A DNA stretch of 64,000 nucleotides from Bacteroidota bacterium (GTDB lineage Bacteria; Bacteroidota; Bacteroidia; Bacteroidales; UBA4417), in assembly GCA_022711175.1 (NCBI GenBank), contig JAKLFM010000002.1, positions 1,274 to 65,273 on the forward strand, read 5' to 3'. The position numbers were made by a program, and so were the translations under genes. Shown here in pieces: positions 56,249 through 64,000 of this stretch (position 1 is the first letter of the stretch; the number at the start of each line of letters is the position of its first letter). The notes under the pieces are model-generated. The model had not been told where the DNA came from. It did no database searches and saw only the letters and a program-made list of their open reading frames with translations.

Positions 56249-57055
56249 TTATTTCCATGCTTTCACCACAAGCCCGGTGCCGCTCTTATGTCTCAGGTTT
56301 ACATCCATTTGATTGAGGATGAGGCATAAAGGAAATACGATGAGGTAATAGACTGGCAGCAAAATGAAAAACAACTTTGATTTTCCTAGCATCAGGATGG
56401 GATATTTCATTGACAGCCGCCACGACAGTTGTCCTGGTTTACCGTACTGATAATGAGCCTCGGTATGGCTGAAACCGGCTTTTTTAAGCTTTTCCTCTAT
56501 CTCAAGGATATTGTAGCCGTCGCGCACATGTTCTTCGATAAATGATTCTTCTTCATGATAATGAACATCGCTGCCACCCTTGTCGCTGGGAGTGGAAATA
56601 AGCACCATACCGCCCGTTTTGAGTGAACTATGAAAATTCTCAAACACTTTCACATCTTCGAGGATATGTTCCATTACGTCAACCGAAAGTACGAGATCAT
56701 ACTTTCCGGCTTCCGAAAACGAGGTAAGATCGGCATAGGAGAATGAAACATTCGTTCGCCCGATTTTGCTGAAAAATGAATTGCAATCCTCAATTTGCTC
56801 TTCTTTCACATCAACGCCTTTCACGGTGTAGCCTGATTTCATCCCCGAAAGGTAATACGAATACTGGCCAAAGCCCATGCCGGCATCAAGAATGGCTGCT
56901 TTATCCGGGGCTTGCGCGGCCCACTGTTTCAGTTGCTTCCTGATGTGCCACGACCTCAGAAGCAACATGTCGAGCAGATGATAAAACAATTTCCGCAACC
57001 ACGGACTACGGTTAAATACCTTGCCAAGCGAGCGTTTTATGGGATCGTACTGCAT
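56249..57055 (-). CDS. class I SAM-dependent methyltransferase with a C-terminal hydrophobic segment
   Basis: Motif I ILDAGMGFGQYSYYL and motif II-like YDLVLSVDVMEHI. Confidence 0.8.
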   Translation of the reverse strand: MQYDPIKRSLGKVFNRSPWLRKLFYHLLDMLLLRSWHIRKQLKQWAAQAPDKAAILDAGMGFGQYSYYLSGMKSGYTVKGVDVKEEQIEDCNSFFSKIGRTNVSFSYADLTSFSEAGKYDLVLSVDVMEHILEDVKVFENFHSSLKTGGMVLISTPSDKGGSDVHYHEEESFIEEHVRDGYNILEIEEKLKKAGFSHTEAHYQYGKPGQLSWRLSMKYPILMLGKSKLFFILLPVYYLIVFPLCLILNQMDVNLRHKSGTGLVVKAWK

Positions 57056-57188
57056 TCGGTGAGAGTTTCGGATTAGAAGAGTTTCGGAGTTTTAAAGCTG
57101 TTATAATCTTATAGGAATGTGTTTCTTAAATTAACCGTTTCCTGTAATGCTATTTTCTATTAAACATTGGCCGTTTCCTGATACAACG

Positions 57189-57527
57189 TCAGCTTTTCAG
57201 CAGCTTCTCAATGTTTTCGATATAATCAAGCGAATCGTCGATAAAGAATTCCAGCTCCGGAATTGAACGTACCTGGTTATGGATCCGGTTGCCGAGTTTC
57301 AGCCTGATTTCTTTCTTATGAGCGTTGATGAGTGCCAGCAGTTCTTCTTTATCGGTCTTTCCGAACAAGCTGAGGTACGACTTGGCCATGTATAAGTCGG
57401 GCGAGATGTGCACCTTTGTCACCGTGATCATATTTCCCTGGAACTGGTCGCGGCTTAAAGCCTGGAATATTTCACCCAGATTTTTCTGTATCAGCCGCGC
57501 AATCTTCTGCTGTCGTGTGTTTTCCAT
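57189..57527 (-). CDS. rbfA: ribosome-binding factor A
   Basis: MENTRQQKIARLIQKNLGEIF...ITVTKVHISPDLYMAKSYLS...IPELEFFIDDS. Start set to ATG 57527; the 120-aa upstream extension in the ORF track is not RbfA-like. Confidence 0.9.
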   Translation of the reverse strand: MENTRQQKIARLIQKNLGEIFQALSRDQFQGNMITVTKVHISPDLYMAKSYLSLFGKTDKEELLALINAHKKEIRLKLGNRIHNQVRSIPELEFFIDDSLDYIENIEKLLKS

Positions 57528-57681
57528 TCGGCAAAGGTACAATAAAATGGAAAGTGTTGCTTCAAAACAACCTCCTGCTACGGCGAATGTAAATGACTGA
57601 ACCTGAAATGAACTGAATTGTAATATTTTTGCATGCCCGTAGTTAATATTTTGACCCGGCAATTCCTGTAACGCCTCTCCT

Positions 57682-59502
57682 GTGAAAAAACTGAAGATAC
57701 TGCTGAAATATGCTATACCGTACAAATGGTATGCATTGTTAAATATCATATTCAATGTTTTTGGGGCGATGTTTTCGCTGGTTTCGCTGGCTTCGCTCAT
57801 CCCTGTGCTCAATATTCTGTTTAAACAATCCGAACCTGTTACTACACTTGTACCCTGGTCGCTCGATACCAAAGTTGTTTTCAACAACCTAAGCTATTAC
57901 ATAAGCCAGGAAATTACACGGAATGGCGCAACCCATACCCTGATGATTATATGCATTGGCATTGTGGTCCTTTTTTTCTTTAAGAACTTCTTCCGCTACC
58001 TGGCGCTGTTTTATGTGGCCGTATTACGCAACGGGGTTGTAAAAGACCTGCGCAATGCCCTGTATCACAAGATATTGATCCTGCCATTGGCATACTATTC
58101 CGATCAGCGCAAAGGCGATATCATGTCGCGCATCACCAATGATGTGCAGGAAGTTGAATGGTCTATCTTGTCATCTCTCGAAATGCTCTTCCGCGATCCG
58201 ATTACCATCGTAATATACCTGGTGGCGATGTTCAAGATCAGTCCGGAGTTAACCATGTTTGTACTGATTGTGCTGCCGGTTGCAGGTTACCTGATCGGGC
58301 TTATCGGCAGGAGCCTGAGAAGAACTTCCCAAAAAGGACAGCGGAAAATGGGTGAGCTGCTTTCGCTGATCGAGGAAACTATTTCGGGGCTCAGGATTAT
58401 CAAGGGTTTCAACGCGATAAATTATTCATACCGCAATTTTGATGAAAACAACCGTGGCTTCATGCGGTTGATGGTGAGATTGTTCCGCAAACGCGACCTT
58501 GCTTCTCCCATCAGTGAATTTCTCGGAATAGCCGTCACCGCGCTCATTCTGTGGTATGGCGGAAAGCTGATCCTGTCGTCCGAGGCATCGCTCACAGCCC
58601 CGAAGTTCATCCTGTATATCGGCATCTTTTCGCAGATCATTGTCCCAGCAAAAGCCATCACCACAGCCTTTTACAATATTGAAAAAGGATCGGCATCCAT
58701 TGATCGCATCAACCAGGTGCTTGAGGCTGGCGAAGTCATAGTGGAGAAACCTGATGCGTTGGAAATCAGAGAGTTCAAAAAAAGTGTTGAATACAGGAAC
58801 GTATTATTTAAATACGAAAAGGATTATGTGCTTAACGATGTTAGCATAACCATACCTAAAGGGAAGATGATAGCGCTGGTGGGGCCTTCGGGCGGAGGTA
58901 AATCGACACTTGTAGATTTGCTGCCAAGGTTTTACGATGTAACTGAAGGCGGGATTTACATTGACGGTAACGATTTGCGCGATTTGAAAATTGATCACCT
59001 TCGGGGCCTGATGGGTATCGTGAGCCAGGAAACCATACTCTTTAACGGTACGGTAGCCGAAAATATCGCTTTCGGAATGAACGAAAGCCGCATCGAAGAT
59101 ATCATCCATGCTGCCAAAGTGGCTAATGCCCATGAGTTTATCGAAAAACTTGAGAATGGTTATGAAACCAACATCGGCGACCGCGGGGTAAAACTTTCAG
59201 GAGGCCAGCGACAGCGTATCAGCATTGCTAGGGCCGTGCTGAAAAACCCGCCCATCCTTATACTTGATGAAGCCACTTCAGCGCTTGATACCGAAAGCGA
59301 AAGACTTGTTCAGGAGGCCTTACTGAACCTCATGAAAAACAGGACTTCTATCGTTATTGCCCACAGGCTGTCGACCATTCAGCATGCCGACGAAATCATC
59401 GTGATCAATGAAGGAAAAATTGCAGAACAGGGAAGCCACAATGAACTGCTGGCTGCCAAAGGTATCTACAGCCACCTCTGTGAAATGCAATCATTCAGTT
59501 AA
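57682..59502 (+). CDS. ABC transporter permease/ATPase fusion (MsbA-like exporter)
   Basis: Six N-terminal TM segments. GPSGGGKST, LSGGQRQRISIARA and ILILDEATSALD. GTG start. Confidence 0.9.
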   Translation: MKKLKILLKYAIPYKWYALLNIIFNVFGAMFSLVSLASLIPVLNILFKQSEPVTTLVPWSLDTKVVFNNLSYYISQEITRNGATHTLMIICIGIVVLFFFKNFFRYLALFYVAVLRNGVVKDLRNALYHKILILPLAYYSDQRKGDIMSRITNDVQEVEWSILSSLEMLFRDPITIVIYLVAMFKISPELTMFVLIVLPVAGYLIGLIGRSLRRTSQKGQRKMGELLSLIEETISGLRIIKGFNAINYSYRNFDENNRGFMRLMVRLFRKRDLASPISEFLGIAVTALILWYGGKLILSSEASLTAPKFILYIGIFSQIIVPAKAITTAFYNIEKGSASIDRINQVLEAGEVIVEKPDALEIREFKKSVEYRNVLFKYEKDYVLNDVSITIPKGKMIALVGPSGGGKSTLVDLLPRFYDVTEGGIYIDGNDLRDLKIDHLRGLMGIVSQETILFNGTVAENIAFGMNESRIEDIIHAAKVANAHEFIEKLENGYETNIGDRGVKLSGGQRQRISIARAVLKNPPILILDEATSALDTESERLVQEALLNLMKNRTSIVIAHRLSTIQHADEIIVINEGKIAEQGSHNELLAAKGIYSHLCEMQSFS

Positions 59503-59526
59503 GGTAAAGTTCAGAAAAACAGAGTT

Positions 59527-60411
59527 TTAGATAATCCTGTAATTTTTATACTCAAACAACCTGTGCCCTGTTACTCGTTCGAACCAGTGCAAAACTGTTT
59601 TTTTGAAGCTCAATTTCTTCTTTGAAATATCAAGATCTATTTTCCATTCAGCATTCATAATCCGCTCGGCCATTACAGCGGGATGAGTGCCTGTGAAAAG
59701 GGCAATTGAGTCCACATCTGAAAAATCAAAAAGGTCTTCCTGCTTTACATTTTCCCTGATCCAGTTTTCGTCGTGCCAGAGTTTATGAAAATCAAGCACT
59801 TTTGTTTGCATGGTTTTGGGATTCTTAACCCATCCGTAATGATAAACCGATGCATCTATTGGCTTCACTTTAAGTTTATTACCGTTCTTCCTGAATCCCT
59901 GGGCATCACGGTACGACCGAATAGACTTATCATTGCGTATCACTCTCACTTCATTGCGGTACCAGCGGCGCGAATCACCGATGTAACGATAAGTGCCGTA
60001 AAAATGAGTATAGTTAAAAACCAACCCTTCAACGCGTTCATCCCGGAGCCACTCTTCCATTGATCTCCTGATTTCAGGATGGTACTTCTCATGAATTACT
60101 TCGTCGGCTTGCAGGTAAAAAGCCCAGTTGAATTCGTTGGAAATCAGGTCGAAAGCTTTGTTGGTTTCCACAGCCAGCACTTTGCCGCCTTCCTTGAGCG
60201 AATCGTCCCAAATACTTTCCTCAATCCTGACTTTGGGTGAATCAATATTACGTATCAATTCAAGTGTTGCATCGTCCGATTTACCTACCAGAACTAAGAA
60301 CTCATCACATACAGGAAGTATGGACGTTATGGATTCAACAACAGGGTAATCGTATTTTACAGCATTTCTGACGATGGTGAATCCGCAAACTTTCATTCCG
60401 GCCGGTTTCAA
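59527..60411 (-). CDS. glycosyltransferase family 2-like protein
   Basis: N-terminal CGFTIVRNAVKYDYPVVESITSILPVCDEFLVLVGKSDD resembles GT2/SpsA-like folds. Called by eye only. Confidence 0.55.
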   Translation of the reverse strand: MKPAGMKVCGFTIVRNAVKYDYPVVESITSILPVCDEFLVLVGKSDDATLELIRNIDSPKVRIEESIWDDSLKEGGKVLAVETNKAFDLISNEFNWAFYLQADEVIHEKYHPEIRRSMEEWLRDERVEGLVFNYTHFYGTYRYIGDSRRWYRNEVRVIRNDKSIRSYRDAQGFRKNGNKLKVKPIDASVYHYGWVKNPKTMQTKVLDFHKLWHDENWIRENVKQEDLFDFSDVDSIALFTGTHPAVMAERIMNAEWKIDLDISKKKLSFKKTVLHWFERVTGHRLFEYKNYRII

Positions 60412-60495
60412 TTGAAGGATGCAAAGTTGCAGACAAAAAGTACATCATTTTCGCTCATGCTCACAAATTAGTTACTGCTCATGCTTTTTCATCCT

Positions 60496-60503
60496 TACAT
60501 TTG
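60496..60503 (+). promoter_or_regulatory. Candidate -7 box TACATTTG upstream of the M20 amidohydrolase gene
   Basis: Fits TAnnTTTG. It lies 24 nt before ATG 60527. Confidence 0.3.
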
Positions 60504-60526
60504 TCAGTAATAAATAACTCCCGAAG

Positions 60527-61708
60527 ATGCTGAAAGAAAAAATCCGTCAACTTTCATCAAAATTCTCAGCCGAGATGATCGCCATCAGGCGTCACCTGCA
60601 TACCTATCCTGAATTATCGGAAAAAGAAGAAAAAACAGCGGCATACATCTGCGAAAAGCTTACTGAGTGGGCAATTCCGTTTACACCAAATGTTGGGGGA
60701 CATGGCATTGTTGCCGAAATAAGAGGGAGAAAACCCGATAGCCAGTTGATTGCCCTGCGTGCCGATATGGATGCATTGCCGATTGTTGAAAGGAACGAGG
60801 TGAGCTACAAATCCTGCATACCAGGCGTAATGCATGCCTGCGGACACGATGTGCATATGGCCTGCCTGTTGGGCGCTATACTCATTCTTAACAGTCTGAA
60901 ACATGAATTTGATGGCACTATACGATTGATTTTCCAGCCTTCGGAGGAGAAATTCCCCGGCGGGGCTTTGGCCATGATCAACGATGCTGTGCTGGAGAAT
61001 CCGCGTCCCGGAAAAATCTTCGGCCAGCATGTTTTGCCTACCCTCGAGGCAGGAAAAGTTGGCTTTAAGGCAGGCCGCTACATGGCATCAACCGATGAAG
61101 TTTACCTTACAGTGCGAGGTCGCGGAGGCCATGCCGCCACACCCGAATTGAATACCGACACCGTGTTAATTGCTTCGCACATCGTGGTCGCATTGCAACA
61201 GGTTGTAAGCCGGTCAGCGCCTCCGGGAATTCCTACAGTACTGTCGTTCGGCAAATTTATTGCCAACGGACGTACCAATATCATTCCCGGCGAAGTGAAA
61301 ATTGACGGAACCTTCCGCACTTTCGACGAAACCTGGAGAGCGCAGGCGCATGAAAAAATCACTACGCTGGCACAAGGCATGGCCCAAAGCATGGGTGGTG
61401 ATTGCGAAGTATTTATTGACAAAGGTTATCCTTATCTTGTGAATGATGAGGAACTTACCGAAAAATCGAAACGCCTCGCCATTGAATTCCTGGGCAGAGA
61501 AAATGTAGTGGATTTGGAACAGCGCATGACTGCCGAGGATTTTGCCTATTATTCGCACATCGTTCCGGCATGTTTTTACAGGCTAGGAGTGAAAAATCCC
61601 GGTTGGAAGGAAATCAGAAACCTGCATACTGACATTTTTGATGCCGATGAAAGCAGCATCGAAACCGGCATGGGATTAATGGCCTGGATAGCAGTCAATA
61701 ATATTTAA
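60527..61708 (+). CDS. M20-family amidohydrolase (N-acyl-amino-acid amidohydrolase / hippuricase type)
   Basis: LRADMDALP, MHACGHDVH, and GGHAATP after the dimerisation insert. Confidence 0.9.
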   Translation: MLKEKIRQLSSKFSAEMIAIRRHLHTYPELSEKEEKTAAYICEKLTEWAIPFTPNVGGHGIVAEIRGRKPDSQLIALRADMDALPIVERNEVSYKSCIPGVMHACGHDVHMACLLGAILILNSLKHEFDGTIRLIFQPSEEKFPGGALAMINDAVLENPRPGKIFGQHVLPTLEAGKVGFKAGRYMASTDEVYLTVRGRGGHAATPELNTDTVLIASHIVVALQQVVSRSAPPGIPTVLSFGKFIANGRTNIIPGEVKIDGTFRTFDETWRAQAHEKITTLAQGMAQSMGGDCEVFIDKGYPYLVNDEELTEKSKRLAIEFLGRENVVDLEQRMTAEDFAYYSHIVPACFYRLGVKNPGWKEIRNLHTDIFDADESSIETGMGLMAWIAVNNI

Positions 61709-61714
61709 CAGACT

Positions 61715-62743
61715 ATGATTGTTGCCGGTAAACATTTCCGCACCATTTGGATGGAAGGCAGTTCAATATTTATGATCGACCAGAATGCTCTGCCATTTGA
61801 ATTCAGGATACATGAGGCACGCACTTACCTTGAAACTTGCACTGCCATTAAAAATATGACTACGCGGGGAGCCGGTGCAATAGGAGCAGCTGCCGGATTC
61901 GCCATGGCGCAGGCTTTTATCGAAAGTGGCGGAAATCAGGGCTTTGTTGAAATTGCCCGAAGCGAAACAGAGGCAACTCGTCCTACGGCACGCAACCTTT
62001 TTTACGCAGTTGAAAAGGTTTTTGATGCCGGTATGTTTGCTGCCGAAAATGCAGTGATTGAAGCACAGCGGCTTGCCGACGAGAATGTAAACGATGCCCT
62101 TAGGATATCTGAGTTCGGAAATACATTGATCAAAAGCGGTTCCAGGATACTCACGCACTGTAATGCAGGATGGCTTGGATTTGTTGACTGGGGAAGCGCC
62201 CTGGCGCCGATTTACCGTGCGCACCGCGAAGGCAAGAAAGTATTTGTTTACGCTGATGAAACACGCCCGCGTAGCCAGGGCGCACGGCTTACAGCCTGGG
62301 AACTTTCGAACGAAAACATTCCACATGTTATTGTTCCTGATAATGCCGGGGCATATCTCATGTCGAAAGGCATGGTGGATGTGGTTATCGTCGGGGCAGA
62401 CCGTATTGCCGCCAATGGCGATACAGCTAACAAAATCGGGACCTTCGAAAAAGCAATCATAGCAAAGGAATTTGGTATCCCGTTTTATGTGGCTGCGCCT
62501 TCATCCACCTTTGATTTCTCGTTAAGCGATGGAGGCGCCATTCCTATTGAAGAACGAAGCCCCGATGAGATTTTGTATCAATCGGGGCCTGATGAATCTG
62601 GACTAAATCACCGCATCAGGGTTGCAAATCACACATCCTCTGCTCTAAATCCGGCATTTGATGTAACCCCTGCTGAATACATCACTGCTTTCATTACCGA
62701 AAAAGGAATTACCAGCGCTTCGGGTGGCAAGTTCAGTTTTTAA
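61715..62743 (+). CDS. mtnA: S-methyl-5-thioribose-1-phosphate isomerase (eIF-2B alpha/beta/delta family)
   Basis: THCNAGWL, ETRPRSQGARLTAWEL and VGADRIAANGDTANKIGT. Confidence 0.85.
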   Translation: MIVAGKHFRTIWMEGSSIFMIDQNALPFEFRIHEARTYLETCTAIKNMTTRGAGAIGAAAGFAMAQAFIESGGNQGFVEIARSETEATRPTARNLFYAVEKVFDAGMFAAENAVIEAQRLADENVNDALRISEFGNTLIKSGSRILTHCNAGWLGFVDWGSALAPIYRAHREGKKVFVYADETRPRSQGARLTAWELSNENIPHVIVPDNAGAYLMSKGMVDVVIVGADRIAANGDTANKIGTFEKAIIAKEFGIPFYVAAPSSTFDFSLSDGGAIPIEERSPDEILYQSGPDESGLNHRIRVANHTSSALNPAFDVTPAEYITAFITEKGITSASGGKFSF

Positions 62744-62778
62744 TTTCCTGCCAAATGGCAAGGATTATTCATTTCACC

Positions 62779-62786
62779 TAACTTTG
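62779..62786 (+). promoter_or_regulatory. Candidate -7 box TAACTTTG upstream of the RND adaptor gene
   Basis: Fits TAnnTTTG. It lies 21 nt before ATG 62807. Confidence 0.3.
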
Positions 62787-62806
62787 CCACAATCCATATC
62801 TCCTCC

Positions 62807-63895
62807 ATGAAACTCAGTAATTTTCATTCGGTTTCACTATGTTGCCTGGTAATGATCCTTGCCTTAGCCGGATGTTCGAACCAATCGAACGATAAAAAGA
62901 AACCCGACAATAAAAGTGCCACAAAGCAGGTAATGGCTGATGCTGTTGTTGTGTCGGCTTCAACGCTTGAAAATACTATCAGTACAAACGGCACACTGCT
63001 TCCGGCTGAGGAGGTAGAGCTCCGGAGTGAATTGCCGGGGAGAATTGTAGGCATCAATTTCCATGAAGGATCGCAGGTTGGTAAGGGCGATTTGTTGGTA
63101 AAAATCGATGATCGCGAGCTCCAGGCACAACTTGCCAAGTTAAGACTCGACGAAAAGCTCGCTGGCGAGGATGTTTTCAGAAAGCAGAAACTGCTCGAAA
63201 TCAATGCAGTAAGTCGTGAAGAATATGATAAAGCTGTCAACCAGCAGGAAATTGTAAAAGCCAATATCAGCCTTTTAAATGCCCAGATTTCGAAAACTGA
63301 GATTAGGGCTCCATTCACTGGTATCGTAGGTCTCAGGCAAGTGAGTGAGGGCGGATATATTTCAACATCCACCCTAATTGCAAAGCTTCAGCAGGTTGAT
63401 CCGGTCAAACTCGAATTTGCAGTACCTGAAAAATATCGGCAGAATCTCAAACCGGGAACAAAGGTGAATTTTACTGTTGACGGCAGTGAAACACAATTTA
63501 CAGCAGCCGTATATGCTATTGAACCTGCATCTGATCCGCTCACTCACAGTATTAAACTGCGGGCTGTGTGCGCTAATCCGGGTAAAGTGTTGTTGCCCGG
63601 CGCATTCGCCCGAATCACTATCGGGCTACATAAATTGAACAATGCTATAATGTTGCCTGCCGAAGCCATTATTCCCAATCTGAACGGGCAAAAAGTTCTT
63701 GTCTACCAAAACGGTAAAGTCGTTTCGCAACAGGTTGAAACGGGTATCCGCAGCGAAAAGCAAATACAGATTACAAGTGGCATCAATGTTGGCGATACTG
63801 TGTTTATTAGTGGTTTGCTTGTGCTCAAGGACAAAATGGAGGCGCTGCCGAGGATAGTTAATTTGCAGAGTATCGATTCGACAGGTACGAAATAA
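62807..63895 (+). CDS. efflux RND transporter periplasmic adaptor subunit
   Basis: Lipobox LALAGCS, a coiled-coil hairpin region, and IRAPFTGIVGLRQV. Confidence 0.9.
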   Translation: MKLSNFHSVSLCCLVMILALAGCSNQSNDKKKPDNKSATKQVMADAVVVSASTLENTISTNGTLLPAEEVELRSELPGRIVGINFHEGSQVGKGDLLVKIDDRELQAQLAKLRLDEKLAGEDVFRKQKLLEINAVSREEYDKAVNQQEIVKANISLLNAQISKTEIRAPFTGIVGLRQVSEGGYISTSTLIAKLQQVDPVKLEFAVPEKYRQNLKPGTKVNFTVDGSETQFTAAVYAIEPASDPLTHSIKLRAVCANPGKVLLPGAFARITIGLHKLNNAIMLPAEAIIPNLNGQKVLVYQNGKVVSQQVETGIRSEKQIQITSGINVGDTVFISGLLVLKDKMEALPRIVNLQSIDSTGTK

Positions 63896-63956
63896 ATGGA
63901 AGCGAATCCGTCTAGATAGTATTCATTTCCAACATATTACCACAGCCAGCTTATTC

Positions 63957-64000
63957 ATGAATATATCCTCACTCAGCATCAACCGCCCCGTATTGGCAAC
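63957..64000 (+). CDS. RND efflux permease, N-terminal 14 codons only (cut by the window edge)
   Basis: ATG 63957 gives MNISSLSINRPVLA, an AcrB-type N-terminus, directly downstream of the adaptor gene. Confidence 0.55.
   Translation, partial: MNISSLSINRPVLA

Noticed and set aside
57528-57887. 120-aa N-terminal extension of rbfA in the ORF track (57189-57887)
   Set aside because: RbfA homology begins at MENTRQQKIARL (ATG 57527). The extension overlaps the divergent promoter and 5' end of the MsbA-like gene and has no protein-like features.

Overview
The window looks like a chromosomal segment of a Bacteroidota bacterium. Supporting this are two gingipain-type C25 proteins with T9SS C-terminal sorting domains, TAnnTTTG-type -7 boxes, and no Shine-Dalgarno sequences. 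From about 9.4 kb to 64 kb it is mostly ordinary housekeeping: uvrC, thiL, the sufBCDSE-sufT operon, dxs, lipA-lipB-LOG, a molybdate/tungstate-type ABC transporter, manA-type PMI, lolE-like, cstA, rbfA, an msbA-like ABC exporter, mtnA and an RND adaptor. The first 9.3 kb is accessory and defence-like. It holds (i) a translationally coupled four-gene cassette on the minus strand led by an XRE-ImmA/IrrE fusion with a PIN-like gene and two unknowns. It holds (ii) a 1.2-kb non-coding gap with two adjacent, unrelated 21-bp tandem arrays; the first has 20 copies, each built on the 12-bp palindrome CTTTGTACAAAG. It holds (iii) an AT-rich plus-strand operon of XRE, an unknown basic 174-aa protein, type III Mod and type III Res, followed by a mini HNH ORF. 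No integrase, transposase, tRNA, rRNA or CRISPR array was seen. Other observations are a recurring class of strand-asymmetric, G-poor word-repeat spacers directly 5' of several start codons, small AT-rich orphan-gene islets (one with a HEPN-like C-terminus), and a Pro/Gly-repeat tail on an outer-membrane barrel protein. All protein calls come from motif recognition by eye, with no database search. Several ORF-track starts are TTG/GTG, and I moved them to a downstream ATG where the N-terminus made more sense.
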